A stretch of DNA of 64,000 nucleotides from an uncultured Alphaproteobacteria bacterium (GTDB taxonomy: Bacteria > Pseudomonadota > Alphaproteobacteria > RF32 > CAG-239), in the NCBI GenBank assembly GCA_944391515.1, contig CALXTW010000003.1, positions 9,102 through 73,101 on the forward strand, given 5' to 3'. Shown in pieces: positions 1 through 8,571 of the stretch (the stretch's first letter is position 1; each line of letters opens with the position of its first letter). The notes below the pieces were generated by a model, which made no database searches, was not told the DNA's origin, and worked only from the letters and a program-made list of their open reading frames with translations. A program made the translations under genes and the position numbers.

Positions 1-1
1 T

Positions 2-718
2 ATTTTGACCAATCGCGAGGATTCAAGCATTGTTCGCTACGGAGATTGTGTTGTTCCGCTTCAAGCCGGAATTGAGGTAAGTGTGGCGGCAACCAAGTCT
101 TATACCGCTCAGCTGGCTGCTCTTTACTGGATGGGGTTGTATTTTGCAGAGCAAAAAACCTCTATTTCCGCTAATCAATTAGCTGTCTTAAAGCAAAATT
201 TAACCGAATTGCCTGCTAAAATGGAAGAGATTTTAAGCAATTCCACTGCAGCGCAAAATTTGGCACAAAAACTGACATCTTATAGTGATTTGGTTTATAT
301 CGGACGCGGAATCAATTTGGCCAGTGCTTTAGAAGGAGCTCTTAAGCTCAAAGAAATCAGCTATATCAATGCCAATGCTTATGCCGCAGGAGAGCTCAAA
401 CATGGCCCAATTGCTCTATTAGATGAAAATATGCCAGTGATTGCTATTTTAGGACCAGGAGTAACATTTGCTAAAATGATTTCAAACTGTGAAGAAGCAA
501 AAGCCAGAAACGCTAAAGTTATTGCCGTTTTGCCTTTGCATTCTGACATTAAGGAAGGACTATTTGATACTTGCTTGTTTACCCCGCAAACCGATGAAAC
601 AACTTTCCCCATGCTTGCAAACATCCAGTTGCAACTTTTAGCCTACTACACGGCTGATGCATTGGGACGAGAAGTGGATCAACCTAGAAACTTAGCTAAG
701 TCAGTCACCGTCGAATAA
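2..718 (+). CDS. glmS: glutamine--fructose-6-phosphate aminotransferase, C-terminal SIS-domain part (5' end lies outside the window)
   Basis: The ORF is open to the window edge. It has SIS-domain sequence and the characteristic GlmS C-terminus ...NLAKSVTVE. Confidence 0.9.
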   Translation: MLTNREDSSIVRYGDCVVPLQAGIEVSVAATKSYTAQLAALYWMGLYFAEQKTSISANQLAVLKQNLTELPAKMEEILSNSTAAQNLAQKLTSYSDLVYIGRGINLASALEGALKLKEISYINANAYAAGELKHGPIALLDENMPVIAILGPGVTFAKMISNCEEAKARNAKVIAVLPLHSDIKEGLFDTCLFTPQTDETTFPMLANIQLQLLAYYTADALGREVDQPRNLAKSVTVE

Positions 719-723
719 GCCAT

Positions 724-752
724 AAAAAAGCTCCCTATTCGGGAGCTTTTTT
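724..752. terminator. bidirectional intrinsic terminator between convergent glmS and 735..1184
   Basis: A-run, GCTCCC / GGGAGC stem with a 5-nt loop, then a T-run. Confidence 0.7.
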
Positions 753-1184
753 ATTACCATCTTCGGCATAAATCGCTAAATCGTGAAATCTTTTAAAAAC
801 TTGAGCCCAAAATCCGGTTTTTTCTTCGCATTGCTCGGTTTGTTCGTTCCACTCTCCGCCTGAGGCTTCACATTGCGAAATTTCGCGGGTGGAATAATCA
901 TGATACAAAGATACCCCATAAGCTATGATGATGGCTAATAATATCAGCTGAAACAAATTGCGAGCAACATACCAAAATATCCAAATAAAAATCAAGCAAA
1001 TCATATATAACTTATTGCCTGTCGGATTTATGTTCAACAAAAAGGCTTGAATACCACAATATAAAAATAAGAGAATTATTGTTGTGCTTAAGGGGGAACG
1101 CAAAGCTGTCATTAATATTCTTTTGTGCCAACTTGGACGTGCCGGTTTTAATTCATCGGGAATATTGGGTCTATCTTCACTCAT
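735..1184 (-). CDS. hypothetical membrane protein
   Basis: 149-aa ORF with 2-3 hydrophobic segments and a Cys-containing acidic C-terminus. It overlaps the stop of the upstream ORF (1181..1582) by 4 nt. No family recognised. Confidence 0.5.
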   Translation of the reverse strand: MSEDRPNIPDELKPARPSWHKRILMTALRSPLSTTIILLFLYCGIQAFLLNINPTGNKLYMICLIFIWIFWYVARNLFQLILLAIIIAYGVSLYHDYSTREISQCEASGGEWNEQTEQCEEKTGFWAQVFKRFHDLAIYAEDGNKKAPE

Positions 1185-1582
1185 GGTTTTACTTTTCTTA
1201 CCTGTTTAATAAAATCTATTTTTTGTTGAATATATTCTTGCAAGTCTTTGCTTTTTGCCGTCTTTTTTACTTCTTGCTCCAACATATCCAAAATATCAAG
1301 TGCCATGCGATCTTCATTGACGGCAATATCTGCTAAGCGATAAATGGCTGCTCGATAGATTGCTTCATCTTGAACTTGTAGCTGTTTGGCTATTTCCTTA
1401 TAAGGTGGTGTAAAAGTTTCTTTGTGATGTGTTTGAGAAACCTCATATGCCGTTCTTTGAATTTTGCGGGCAATATCTTCGGTAATTCCCTTATCTTTAC
1501 CGCTCCAAAAAAACACATTTCCGGTTTTGCGAACAATACTTTTGAGTTTTTTGATTATTCCAAAATTTGTCGTTGAGGGCAT
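1181..1582 (-). CDS. hypothetical protein
   Basis: 133-aa ORF with a GGAGAGGAAA-type RBS just upstream of the ATG. No family recognised. Confidence 0.5.
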   Translation of the reverse strand: MPSTTNFGIIKKLKSIVRKTGNVFFWSGKDKGITEDIARKIQRTAYEVSQTHHKETFTPPYKEIAKQLQVQDEAIYRAAIYRLADIAVNEDRMALDILDMLEQEVKKTAKSKDLQEYIQQKIDFIKQVRKVKP

Positions 1583-1689
1583 TTTCCTCTCCTTTCTGTT
1601 GGTTTTATTTTATATAGGGAAAGTTAATAATGTTTAAATACCTTCAAGCTATAATACCGTTTGTATTTCGAATTTTTAAGGAGAGAAAA

Positions 1690-2091
1690 ATGAATCAGTC
1701 CGTTAAGGCTTATCACGAAAAACGCCGTGCTTTTATCATTATCCCTGAAGTAGGACTTATCTTGGGCGAAAGCGGACAGCCTTTTTCTCATCGAGATATT
1801 TTGTCTCATCTGGGCTTGGATAATGAGCAAACCTCTCACGTTTTGCAAAATTATCCGCGTGGTTATTTTTTAGATAACAACCTGGTGATTTATCAATCAA
1901 ATGATGATACCAAACAAGAATCTTGGGAACTCAAGCCTGAAAATTATTTTTATGTTCGCAAATATTTTCAGGATTTGAAAAATTTATTCCGTATTACCGC
2001 CAAAACAAAAATTTTCTTAGGCGTTAAATGTGCTAAAGAAGGCGAAATTTGGCCTACCATCAATGAGGTCAAGAGCTCATTTTTTGAATAG
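1690..2091 (+). CDS. hypothetical protein
   Basis: The track ORF is 1630..2091. I prefer the internal ATG at 1690 because AAGGAGAG sits 6 nt upstream. No family recognised. Confidence 0.5.
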   Translation: MNQSVKAYHEKRRAFIIIPEVGLILGESGQPFSHRDILSHLGLDNEQTSHVLQNYPRGYFLDNNLVIYQSNDDTKQESWELKPENYFYVRKYFQDLKNLFRITAKTKIFLGVKCAKEGEIWPTINEVKSSFFE

Positions 2092-2178
2092 ACTTGACGT
2101 TTGGCGTTTTTTGCAATAGCTTACAGGCAATAATCTATCTTTATTAAATTATTGTAGAACTTAGAAAATTTTTAATTT

Positions 2179-2790
2179 ATGGAAACTTCTTATTGTAAGT
2201 CAGGTGACGAATATGAAGTGAAACTTTGTGTTCGCAAAATTGTGATTGAACATGTCGGGAATTCTTCCTATCCATTTGCTTGCGATATTGCAACCCAAGA
2301 TGATAAGTTTTTTCGATGTGCAGTGTGCTTTAATGATATTGCCCAATTTGCTTTGGCCAAAGAAAATGATATTCTTAAACTCAAATTAGAGGTCGTTTTT
2401 GAAAAATCTCAAGTCATGGGGGTTATTGAGTGCAAAAACCTTACGCAACAATGGACAGATATCGGACAGCAAGAAATGCTGCATAATAAATGCAGTTATT
2501 TTGAAGCGGAAGTTTGCGTTGAGAATATATTCTTTCTGTCTTTCCCTGAGGAACGTTCTTTGTATCCGCAACGGATATATTATTGCATTCTCTCGCAAGC
2601 TGATGGTACGTTTGTTTGCTTTTATATCAGTCATGACTTTATGCCGGCTCTTCTCGGTGTGCAAAAAGGCGATGAAATTTCACTTAAGGTCGGGAATTGG
2701 TTTTATTGGGGACAGATTGATGTTCTGCAATCTTTTGAAAATAAGTCACGAACGATTAAAACCATCAATCAAGCTGTTCACGAACTCTAA
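2179..2790 (+). CDS. hypothetical Cys-rich protein with an apparent internal two-fold domain duplication
   Basis: 203-aa ORF. Residues ~10-95 and ~105-190 share a pattern (E.E/KVCV..I ... F.C ... DI/EL/ISLKV/L). Confidence 0.5.
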   Translation: METSYCKSGDEYEVKLCVRKIVIEHVGNSSYPFACDIATQDDKFFRCAVCFNDIAQFALAKENDILKLKLEVVFEKSQVMGVIECKNLTQQWTDIGQQEMLHNKCSYFEAEVCVENIFFLSFPEERSLYPQRIYYCILSQADGTFVCFYISHDFMPALLGVQKGDEISLKVGNWFYWGQIDVLQSFENKSRTIKTINQAVHEL

Positions 2791-2793
2791 ACG

Positions 2794-2820
2794 AAAAGGC
2801 GGAAAATTTTCCGCCTTTTA
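2794..2820. terminator. bidirectional intrinsic terminator
   Basis: AAAGGCGG / CCGCCTTT stem flanked by A and T runs, between convergent ORFs. Confidence 0.7.
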
Positions 2821-3345
2821 TCACTTCTTTTTTAGTTTCATGCATGCTACTTTTTTAGCCTCTTGCAAGTAAGATAGATATTGGTCGTTCGTGGTAAATC
2901 CATATTTATCTTTCTTTGTAAAATCTTCGAATGAGATAAGTCTGCATCCGTTTTTACCACAAAATTGCATTCCCATACTGGAGCAACACCCAAAATGCAC
3001 CATTTGCATCACAGGAGCTCTCTCCACCTTTTGAATCTGTTTAAGCATCCTTGTTGCCAGGCCCTGTCTTCTATATTCTTCTATGACAAAAATCCACATC
3101 AGAATTATTTCTTTAGATTTTCTTTTGCTTAGGTCTCTGTCTCTGATTTTTATTCCTGCGCCACCAATGATTTTTTCGTTTTCATCTATGGCAATAATAA
3201 TTTGAGAGTGCGTACCTAAAGATTCTCTAAATAGCTTAAACCATTCTTTAAATTGTGGAGGTGACGGCCATGCTCTAAAGAGCTCTCTTTCCACAGAATC
3301 AAGAATTCCCGCCTTATAATTGCGGATAAAAAAATAATTTTCCAT
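2821..3345 (-). CDS. GNAT-family N-acetyltransferase
   Basis: Motif-A-like segment VIEEYRRQGLATRMLKQI. The size (174 aa) is typical of the family. Confidence 0.65.
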   Translation of the reverse strand: MENYFFIRNYKAGILDSVERELFRAWPSPPQFKEWFKLFRESLGTHSQIIIAIDENEKIIGGAGIKIRDRDLSKRKSKEIILMWIFVIEEYRRQGLATRMLKQIQKVERAPVMQMVHFGCCSSMGMQFCGKNGCRLISFEDFTKKDKYGFTTNDQYLSYLQEAKKVACMKLKKK

Positions 3346-3416
3346 AACTATAATATTAAAAATTAGAAATTATGGCTCATATTAAAGAATTTTTGCATTA
3401 TGTCAATTTGATTTGT

Positions 3417-3491
3417 GACCGAGGTCGCTCATTCTCGCCTTTTCTTCAAAAACAAAAAGCCGTCTTGCGACGGCTTTTAAGTGGCGGGAGT
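3417..3491. repeat. direct repeat copy A: duplicate of the last 10 nt of tRNA-Asp plus its downstream flank and terminator hairpin
   Basis: Aligns with 3664..3741 at roughly 85-90 percent identity by eye. It includes AAAAGCCGTCTTGCGACGGCTTTT and TGGCGGGAGT. Confidence 0.8.
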
Positions 3492-3663
3492 ATTGATGCT
3501 CCTCTAGCTTGGTAAGTTCGCAATACCGCTCACTAACCGCGCGTCGGTCACTCGTTTTTTAAGTCTCGCTTTACAAGCTCACGCTTGTCTTGCTCGACAA
3601 CAAAACTTCGCCTCTTGCGGTAAAATCAACCGGAGCAACGGTTGATTTTATCCTCGAGCTCGC

Positions 3664-3741
3664 GACCGAGGTCGCTCCTTCTCGCCTCTTCTTAAAAAAA
3701 CTAAAAGCCGTCTTGCGACGGCTTTTTTGAATGGCGGGAGT
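3664..3741. repeat. direct repeat copy B (the copy attached to the intact tRNA-Asp)
   Basis: See copy A. Positions 3732..3741 are the tRNA 3' end ACTCCCGCCA on the minus strand. Confidence 0.8.
3703..3728 (-). terminator. intrinsic terminator downstream of tRNA-Asp
   Basis: AAAAGCCGTC / GACGGCTTTT stem followed by a T-rich run on the minus strand. Confidence 0.7.
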
Positions 3742-3808
3742 GACGAGGCTCGAACTCGCGACCTCCTGCGTGACAGGCAGGCGCTCTAACCAACTGAGCT
3801 ACACCCCC
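3732..3808 (-). tRNA. tRNA-Asp (anticodon GUC)
   Basis: The reverse complement reads GGGGGTGTAGCTCAGTTGGTTAGAGCGCCTGCCTGTCACGCAGGAGGTCGCGAGTTCGAGCCTCGTCACTCCCGCCA. It folds as a cloverleaf with a 7-bp acceptor stem, anticodon loop CTGTCAC, a TTCGAGC T-loop and an encoded CCA. Confidence 0.95.
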
Positions 3809-3822
3809 AAGGGACGTTTTAT

Positions 3823-3851
3823 CTTATACCCAACTCTAAAAATAAAAGCAA
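3823..3851 (-). promoter_or_regulatory. sigma70-type promoter candidate for tRNA-Asp
   Basis: The minus strand reads TTGCTT-N17-TATAAG, ending 14 nt before the tRNA 5' end. Confidence 0.4.
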
Positions 3852-4023
3852 GCACTTTTTTTAATTTTTTTATTAATTTTTTCTAAACCACTGTTTTATA
3901 TACTAACTTATACACATTATGGCTAGAAAAATCTTGGCGTTTTTGCTATAATTGAATATATTCGTGTCATTGTTGCGGTTCTTTAGGCGCAATAATTGGG
4001 GTTAACTTTAATGGTATTATACT

Positions 4024-5514
4024 ATGAATTTGTTTCAAAAATATAAAAACATTGATATCCAAAGAATCGCAACTTTGCTCAAAAATCGCGTTGGTCAATT
4101 GCGTTATGTTCGTTTGGTGGTAAAACGCCGCAACAAACACAAAGTTATTGCTTTGGGATATGCCGGAGCTATTGCTATTGCCTTTATTTTGTCTTTGACC
4201 AATAACTCGAACGTTAATGCCTCTATCGCTCCGACAGATTCTATAAATTATATTATCCTTGAAAACGCCTTGGATGATAGCCTCCAGCAAGAAGTTTCTC
4301 CTTCTCTCTATCCGGCAAAATCTATTGAAAATATTCGCTCTCTTCAAGATATGGTTGAAGTTGAAGAAAAAGAGCAACATCTGGAAAAAGAGCTTATTGT
4401 ACAAAAGGGTGATACCTTTATTTCGTTGTTGACAGATTTGGGAATGTCTTATAATGAGGCTCACTCTATTTTTGCAACATTGAAAAAAGTTTATAATCCT
4501 GCGAATTTGAGAATCGGTCAAAAATTGCATGTTTCATTCACTCAAGATACTCAAACAAACACCCTAATTTCGCTAGATTCTTTAGTCATTGAACCCAAAG
4601 TTGATCATCGCTATATTTTGGAGAAAAATGACCAAAACCAATATATTGCAAAAGCCGAAAAAGATGAACTTCTGGAAGAAGTCAATAGCGCAACAGGCAA
4701 AATCTCTGGCTCACTTTCTGTTTCTATGCGTAAACAAGGTGTTCCCGGAAAAATCGTGGCCAAATTCAGCAATCTATTTGGAGCTGCCGTGGATTTCAGA
4801 CGTGACGTCAGAAATGGCGATAAATTTGAAGTGATTTATGAAAATCATATTACCCCCAGCGGTGAAGTGGTTAAAACCGGAAACATCATTTATGCCGGCT
4901 TAATCTTAAGAAAAGATAAATTAGAGCTCTATCGTTTTACCGACTCCAAAGGAAATGTTGATTATTATAATGAAAAAGGTTTGGCTATGAAACGTACCTT
5001 ACACCGCAAACCTTTAGCTTTTCAAAATGCTCGTATTTCCTCTCCTTTTGGAAAAAGAAGACACCCCATCTTAAAGAGAGTTATCATTCACTGGGGCGTA
5101 GATTATGCCGCTCCTAAAGGTACTGCTATTTATGCTGCCGGAGATGGTGTGATTCAGGTGGCTAAATATAACGGAGGATACGGAAATTATATTAAAATTC
5201 GTCATAATTCCGAATACTCCACTGCTTATGGACATATGCAAAAATTTGCTCGTGGTATGCGTCCCGGAGTACGCGTAAAACAGGGACAAGTTATCGGCTA
5301 TGTTGGTAGCACAGGACGCTCAACAGGTCCTCACTTACACTATGAAATCGTTCAAAACGGAAGACGTGTTAATCCTCTCAAAATTAAAGCTGCTGCAGGC
5401 GAAAACTTGAAAGGTAATAACTTAAAGAAATTTAAGACGCAAGTTGCAGAGATTAAAAAAGCATATAACACTATGTTTGCTCAAAACTCTTCTGCCAAAG
5501 TAGCTAAAAAATAA
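4024..5514 (+). CDS. M23-family metallopeptidase with N-terminal membrane anchor and LysM/OapA-like domain
   Basis: HWGVDYAAPKGTAIYAAGDG ... GYGNYIKIRH ... GSTGRSTGPHLHYE are the M23 LytM signature. The GDTFISLL...IGQKLHV segment is LysM-like. Confidence 0.85.
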   Translation: MNLFQKYKNIDIQRIATLLKNRVGQLRYVRLVVKRRNKHKVIALGYAGAIAIAFILSLTNNSNVNASIAPTDSINYIILENALDDSLQQEVSPSLYPAKSIENIRSLQDMVEVEEKEQHLEKELIVQKGDTFISLLTDLGMSYNEAHSIFATLKKVYNPANLRIGQKLHVSFTQDTQTNTLISLDSLVIEPKVDHRYILEKNDQNQYIAKAEKDELLEEVNSATGKISGSLSVSMRKQGVPGKIVAKFSNLFGAAVDFRRDVRNGDKFEVIYENHITPSGEVVKTGNIIYAGLILRKDKLELYRFTDSKGNVDYYNEKGLAMKRTLHRKPLAFQNARISSPFGKRRHPILKRVIIHWGVDYAAPKGTAIYAAGDGVIQVAKYNGGYGNYIKIRHNSEYSTAYGHMQKFARGMRPGVRVKQGQVIGYVGSTGRSTGPHLHYEIVQNGRRVNPLKIKAAAGENLKGNNLKKFKTQVAEIKKAYNTMFAQNSSAKVAKK

Positions 5515-5527
5515 ATACTTTATACCT

Positions 5528-5560
5528 AAAAAAGCTCCTCAGAAAATGAGGAGTTTTTTT
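5528..5560 (+). terminator. intrinsic terminator after the M23 peptidase gene
   Basis: CTCCTC / GAGGAG stem followed by T7. Confidence 0.7.
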
Positions 5561-5596
5561 ATTGGTTACTATTTTCCACAACTTATAGGTGGATAT

Positions 5597-6274
5597 TTAT
5601 AAGTATTGTTGAGAATTTAATTTTTGGAGATTTTGAGTTTCGGTTGATTGCGTGATTGTTTCCAAATCTTCCAAAAACCATTCCATATCATTATCACTTT
5701 GAGCTATCATTTCATAAAAACGACTACGATAAGAGAGAATCAAACTACTTTCTCCTAATTTTAAATCAACAATTCTTAATTTATCGTTCGTTTTATTTAG
5801 GCGAAATTCTACTATTATGTTCTGCAATGTTTGGTTTTGAGATTTTTGGTCCTCTTGATTGAAATGTATATTGGCGCGAACATTGGCATAATTAGGCTCA
5901 ATCCTTACAGACAAAATATCAAAAGTGATTTTTGAAGTATCAAAATCCAACGGAAAACTCTTATAGACACTCAAGGCATAGCGTTGAAAAATTTGCTGAT
6001 AGCGTTGTTGTTGCTCTGCACTCATTTGGCGCCAATATTTACCGACTACAAATTTAGAAATATAGTCTAAATCAATATCTTCCAAAAACATTTTATCTAA
6101 CGCGCGGTAGCGTTTTTCCAAATCTGTTTGTCCGAAGGTATCCAACAATTCTTTTCCTTTGCTTTCGGCCCAAACTTTTGCCTCATTGGATGTTATGACA
6201 GAAGCATTTGCATTCAGACTTAATATTAAGCATAAACTCAATGTGATAAGTCGCAAAAAAATCTTACTTTTCAT
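5597..6274 (-). CDS. MlaC/Ttg2D-family periplasmic lipid-binding protein
   Basis: Signal peptide, plus the pattern ...DLDYISKFVVGKYWRQMSAEQQQRYQQIFQRY... typical of the toluene-tolerance Ttg2D family. Confidence 0.65.
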   Translation of the reverse strand: MKSKIFLRLITLSLCLILSLNANASVITSNEAKVWAESKGKELLDTFGQTDLEKRYRALDKMFLEDIDLDYISKFVVGKYWRQMSAEQQQRYQQIFQRYALSVYKSFPLDFDTSKITFDILSVRIEPNYANVRANIHFNQEDQKSQNQTLQNIIVEFRLNKTNDKLRIVDLKLGESSLILSYRSRFYEMIAQSDNDMEWFLEDLETITQSTETQNLQKLNSQQYL

Positions 6275-6334
6275 AAAATTTGCCTTATATTAATTTTTGA
6301 ATTATTGGTAGTTTAACAAAAATTGGTTAATAAA

Positions 6335-7360
6335 ATGAAACTATTCCGCTTGTTTGCTTGTTTAAGTATTTTTATGAGTTCAGCCAATGGCACTTTGGCT
6401 GCCGGTGATGCCGGTTTGCGCTATATCCAAACTCGCGGGATTGTACGTTGCGGAACAGACCTGCAAACAAAAGCATTTGCCAACAAAGATGAAGACGGCT
6501 TTTGGCATGGTTTTGACGTCGATATCTGCAAAGCTATTTCTTATGGCGTTTTTAATCGTGGCGACCGTTTTCAGATGGTTAACATTGCTCCGGAAAATGT
6601 AACACAGGCCCTTGCTTCCAATAAAATCGACGTCATGCTCAGTGGTAGCAATTTTTCAGCTAGAGATGAAATCTCCTCAAAATTTATGCCGGTTGATATT
6701 CTCTATTATGAACAGCAAACTTTTTTAGCAAAGAAAATTCCTGATGCAACTTCTATGGAGGTCTACAAAGGTGCTAAAGTTTGTGTGATTAATGACACTA
6801 TTGATTACCACAACTTATTAAATTACAGTGATACTTACAAACTTGATTTTAAGCTTTTGTCTTTTAAAACAAAAAAACGCGCAGAAGAGGCCTTCTTACT
6901 CAATCGGTGCCAACTTCTGACCGGTAATGCTCTTGTCTTGCAAGCGCTGAAAGAAAAACGCTTTAGCTCTAAAGATGATGTTGTCTTGTTACCGGAACCC
7001 ATTGCTATTAAACCTATTTATGCTTTGGTTGCAAAAGACAATAATAGTTTACGCATTATCGTAAAATGGATTTTTAATGCTTTGAAACTCTCTGAAGAAC
7101 ATAATATCTCTTCGCAAAACATAAATATTTTCATCGGCGCAAAAGATTTATCTTTGCAAAATCTTTTAGGCGACAATCCCAAACTTTGGGCAAAATTCGG
7201 CCTTTCTCCCAATTGGCTTAGAAATGCTATGAGTGACATTGGAAACTACGGTGAAATTTATGAAAGAAACTTTGGCTCTGGTTCTGACTTAAAGATTGAG
7301 CGCAGAGGAAACAACCTGATTGGAAACGGTGGTTTAATTATTGCAGAACCTTTTATTTAA
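6335..7360 (+). CDS. amino-acid ABC transporter substrate-binding protein
   Basis: Signal peptide MKLFRLFACLSIFMSSANGTLA, then GIVRCGTD...GFDVDICKAI as in AapJ-like binding proteins. I chose the ATG at 6335 rather than the TTG at 6323. Confidence 0.7.
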   Translation: MKLFRLFACLSIFMSSANGTLAAGDAGLRYIQTRGIVRCGTDLQTKAFANKDEDGFWHGFDVDICKAISYGVFNRGDRFQMVNIAPENVTQALASNKIDVMLSGSNFSARDEISSKFMPVDILYYEQQTFLAKKIPDATSMEVYKGAKVCVINDTIDYHNLLNYSDTYKLDFKLLSFKTKKRAEEAFLLNRCQLLTGNALVLQALKEKRFSSKDDVVLLPEPIAIKPIYALVAKDNNSLRIIVKWIFNALKLSEEHNISSQNINIFIGAKDLSLQNLLGDNPKLWAKFGLSPNWLRNAMSDIGNYGEIYERNFGSGSDLKIERRGNNLIGNGGLIIAEPFI

Positions 7361-8051
7361 AACACTGAGTGATAAATTTGGTTGCTGCTTGTAAGCCATC
7401 CTCCGTAATGCGGTGTTGCCCGTCAGGAACTGTGTAAGTTTGCACTGCACACCCAAACTTTTCCAATTTTTCTTTTGAATACTCCATTACGGAATAACGG
7501 ACTAAATTATCTTCTTTTCCATGAATTAATAAAAACGATGGTGTATTGGGCTTGTGTTTGGCAAAAAATTTTGATGCCGTTAACAAACCACTAAAGCTGA
7601 CACAACCAGCTATTTTTTCTTGCATTCGTAGTGCCGTATATATGGCTAACATGGCGCCTTGTGAAAAACCGCACAAACACACATCTTTATATTCCAACCC
7701 ATAAAGATTGAGACAATTCTCTATATAGCGTTGTACAATCGTGCTACTTTCTTCAAAGCCGGGAGTCATCTTTTCATAAAAATCCAGACATTCCTCAAGA
7801 CTTGGTACGGTTTTGCGGTCATCATTAGGGTCAAAACGATGCATTGAAAACCACTGACGTTTTCCTTCATGAATTTCGCACAAAAGCGGAGCTTCGGGAA
7901 TATGAAATGCCGTATTATCAAAACTATCAGCAAAGGCTTCTATACGATGATTTAGACATTCACAGTTATCTATATAACCATGCAAAAAAACAATCACCTT
8001 TTGCGGAATACCGCGTGCGTGAACTATTTCTTCCGTAATATCGCCTTTCAT
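7353..8051 (-). CDS. phospholipase/carboxylesterase-family alpha/beta hydrolase
   Basis: Nucleophile elbow GFSQGA, a later HGKEDNLV, and a His in GQHRI. Confidence 0.7.
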   Translation of the reverse strand: MKGDITEEIVHARGIPQKVIVFLHGYIDNCECLNHRIEAFADSFDNTAFHIPEAPLLCEIHEGKRQWFSMHRFDPNDDRKTVPSLEECLDFYEKMTPGFEESSTIVQRYIENCLNLYGLEYKDVCLCGFSQGAMLAIYTALRMQEKIAGCVSFSGLLTASKFFAKHKPNTPSFLLIHGKEDNLVRYSVMEYSKEKLEKFGCAVQTYTVPDGQHRITEDGLQAATKFITQCFK

Positions 8052-8095
8052 TGTTAACCTTTTTTTTGATTTTTTTTGAAGTTACCCCCATTTTT

Positions 8096-8110
8096 TTAAA
8101 ATTCTCTTAA
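8096..8110. promoter_or_regulatory. TTAA-N7-TTAA (CtrA-type) motif upstream of the esterase gene, at the left edge of the phage-like cluster
   Basis: The sequence TTAAAATTCTCTTAA can be read directly. Confidence 0.25.
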
Positions 8111-8119
8111 TTCCTTACA

Positions 8120-8156
8120 AAAAAAAATAACTCCGCCGTAAAACGGCGGAGTTGCT
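8120..8156 (-). terminator. strong intrinsic terminator ending the phage-like cluster
   Basis: AACTCCGCCG / CGGCGGAGTT stem followed by T8 on the minus strand. Confidence 0.75.
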
Positions 8157-8160
8157 TTTT

Positions 8161-8559
8161 TTATTTGAGTAGGCTTTGGGTCGCATTTAAAATACCATTA
8201 ACCGCATTGCTGCGAATTTTATATTTGGTATTAGCGCGATTGGTTTTATATTGCTGATAATAATCGTAATCATCTTCTGCAATATCTTTATAACCCTGGT
8301 AGGCTTCTCGTTGCTGCTCTGCCAAAGCGGATCCATCTCCACTCAACCCCATCGCTGCAACTCTAGCTCGACGTTGAGCCAAATTTTCTTCCAGAATATT
8401 CGTCTTTTTGGCACGATTTGCTTGTTGTTCATGTGCTAGTTTATTCTGTTCCAAGATGTAGTTTTTACGAATATTTTTATTGTCTTCTACAGTATTATAT
8501 AAGTCCTGTATACTACTCAGGCCCTTACTCGTATTTTCTAGGGTCATCAATCCTCCCAT
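8161..8559 (-). CDS. phage-cluster protein of unknown function, in the position and of the size of T7 gp13
   Basis: 132-aa charged, coiled-coil-like ORF with an AGGAGG RBS. It directly follows the nozzle-like gene. Confidence 0.5.
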   Translation of the reverse strand: MGGLMTLENTSKGLSSIQDLYNTVEDNKNIRKNYILEQNKLAHEQQANRAKKTNILEENLAQRRARVAAMGLSGDGSALAEQQREAYQGYKDIAEDDYDYYQQYKTNRANTKYKIRSNAVNGILNATQSLLK

Positions 8560-8571
8560 CTTTTCCTCCTT

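Noticed and set aside
3492-3663. A second, degenerate tRNA gene between the two tRNA-Asp-linked repeats.
   Set aside because: Only a D-arm-like GGTTAG.GAGCG and the terminal ACTCCCGCCA are recognisable. No acceptor 5' strand, anticodon arm or T-arm can be folded, so at most it is a remnant.
8080-8090. Possible att core: AGTTACCCCCA at 8080-8090 and AGTAACCCCCA at 18733-18743, in direct orientation and bracketing the phage-like cluster.
   Set aside because: It is only 10 of 11 nt. By my rough estimate a match of this kind between the two spacers is not very improbable. Both copies also sit where a G-rich ribosome-binding region is expected on the minus strand. This is too weak to call.
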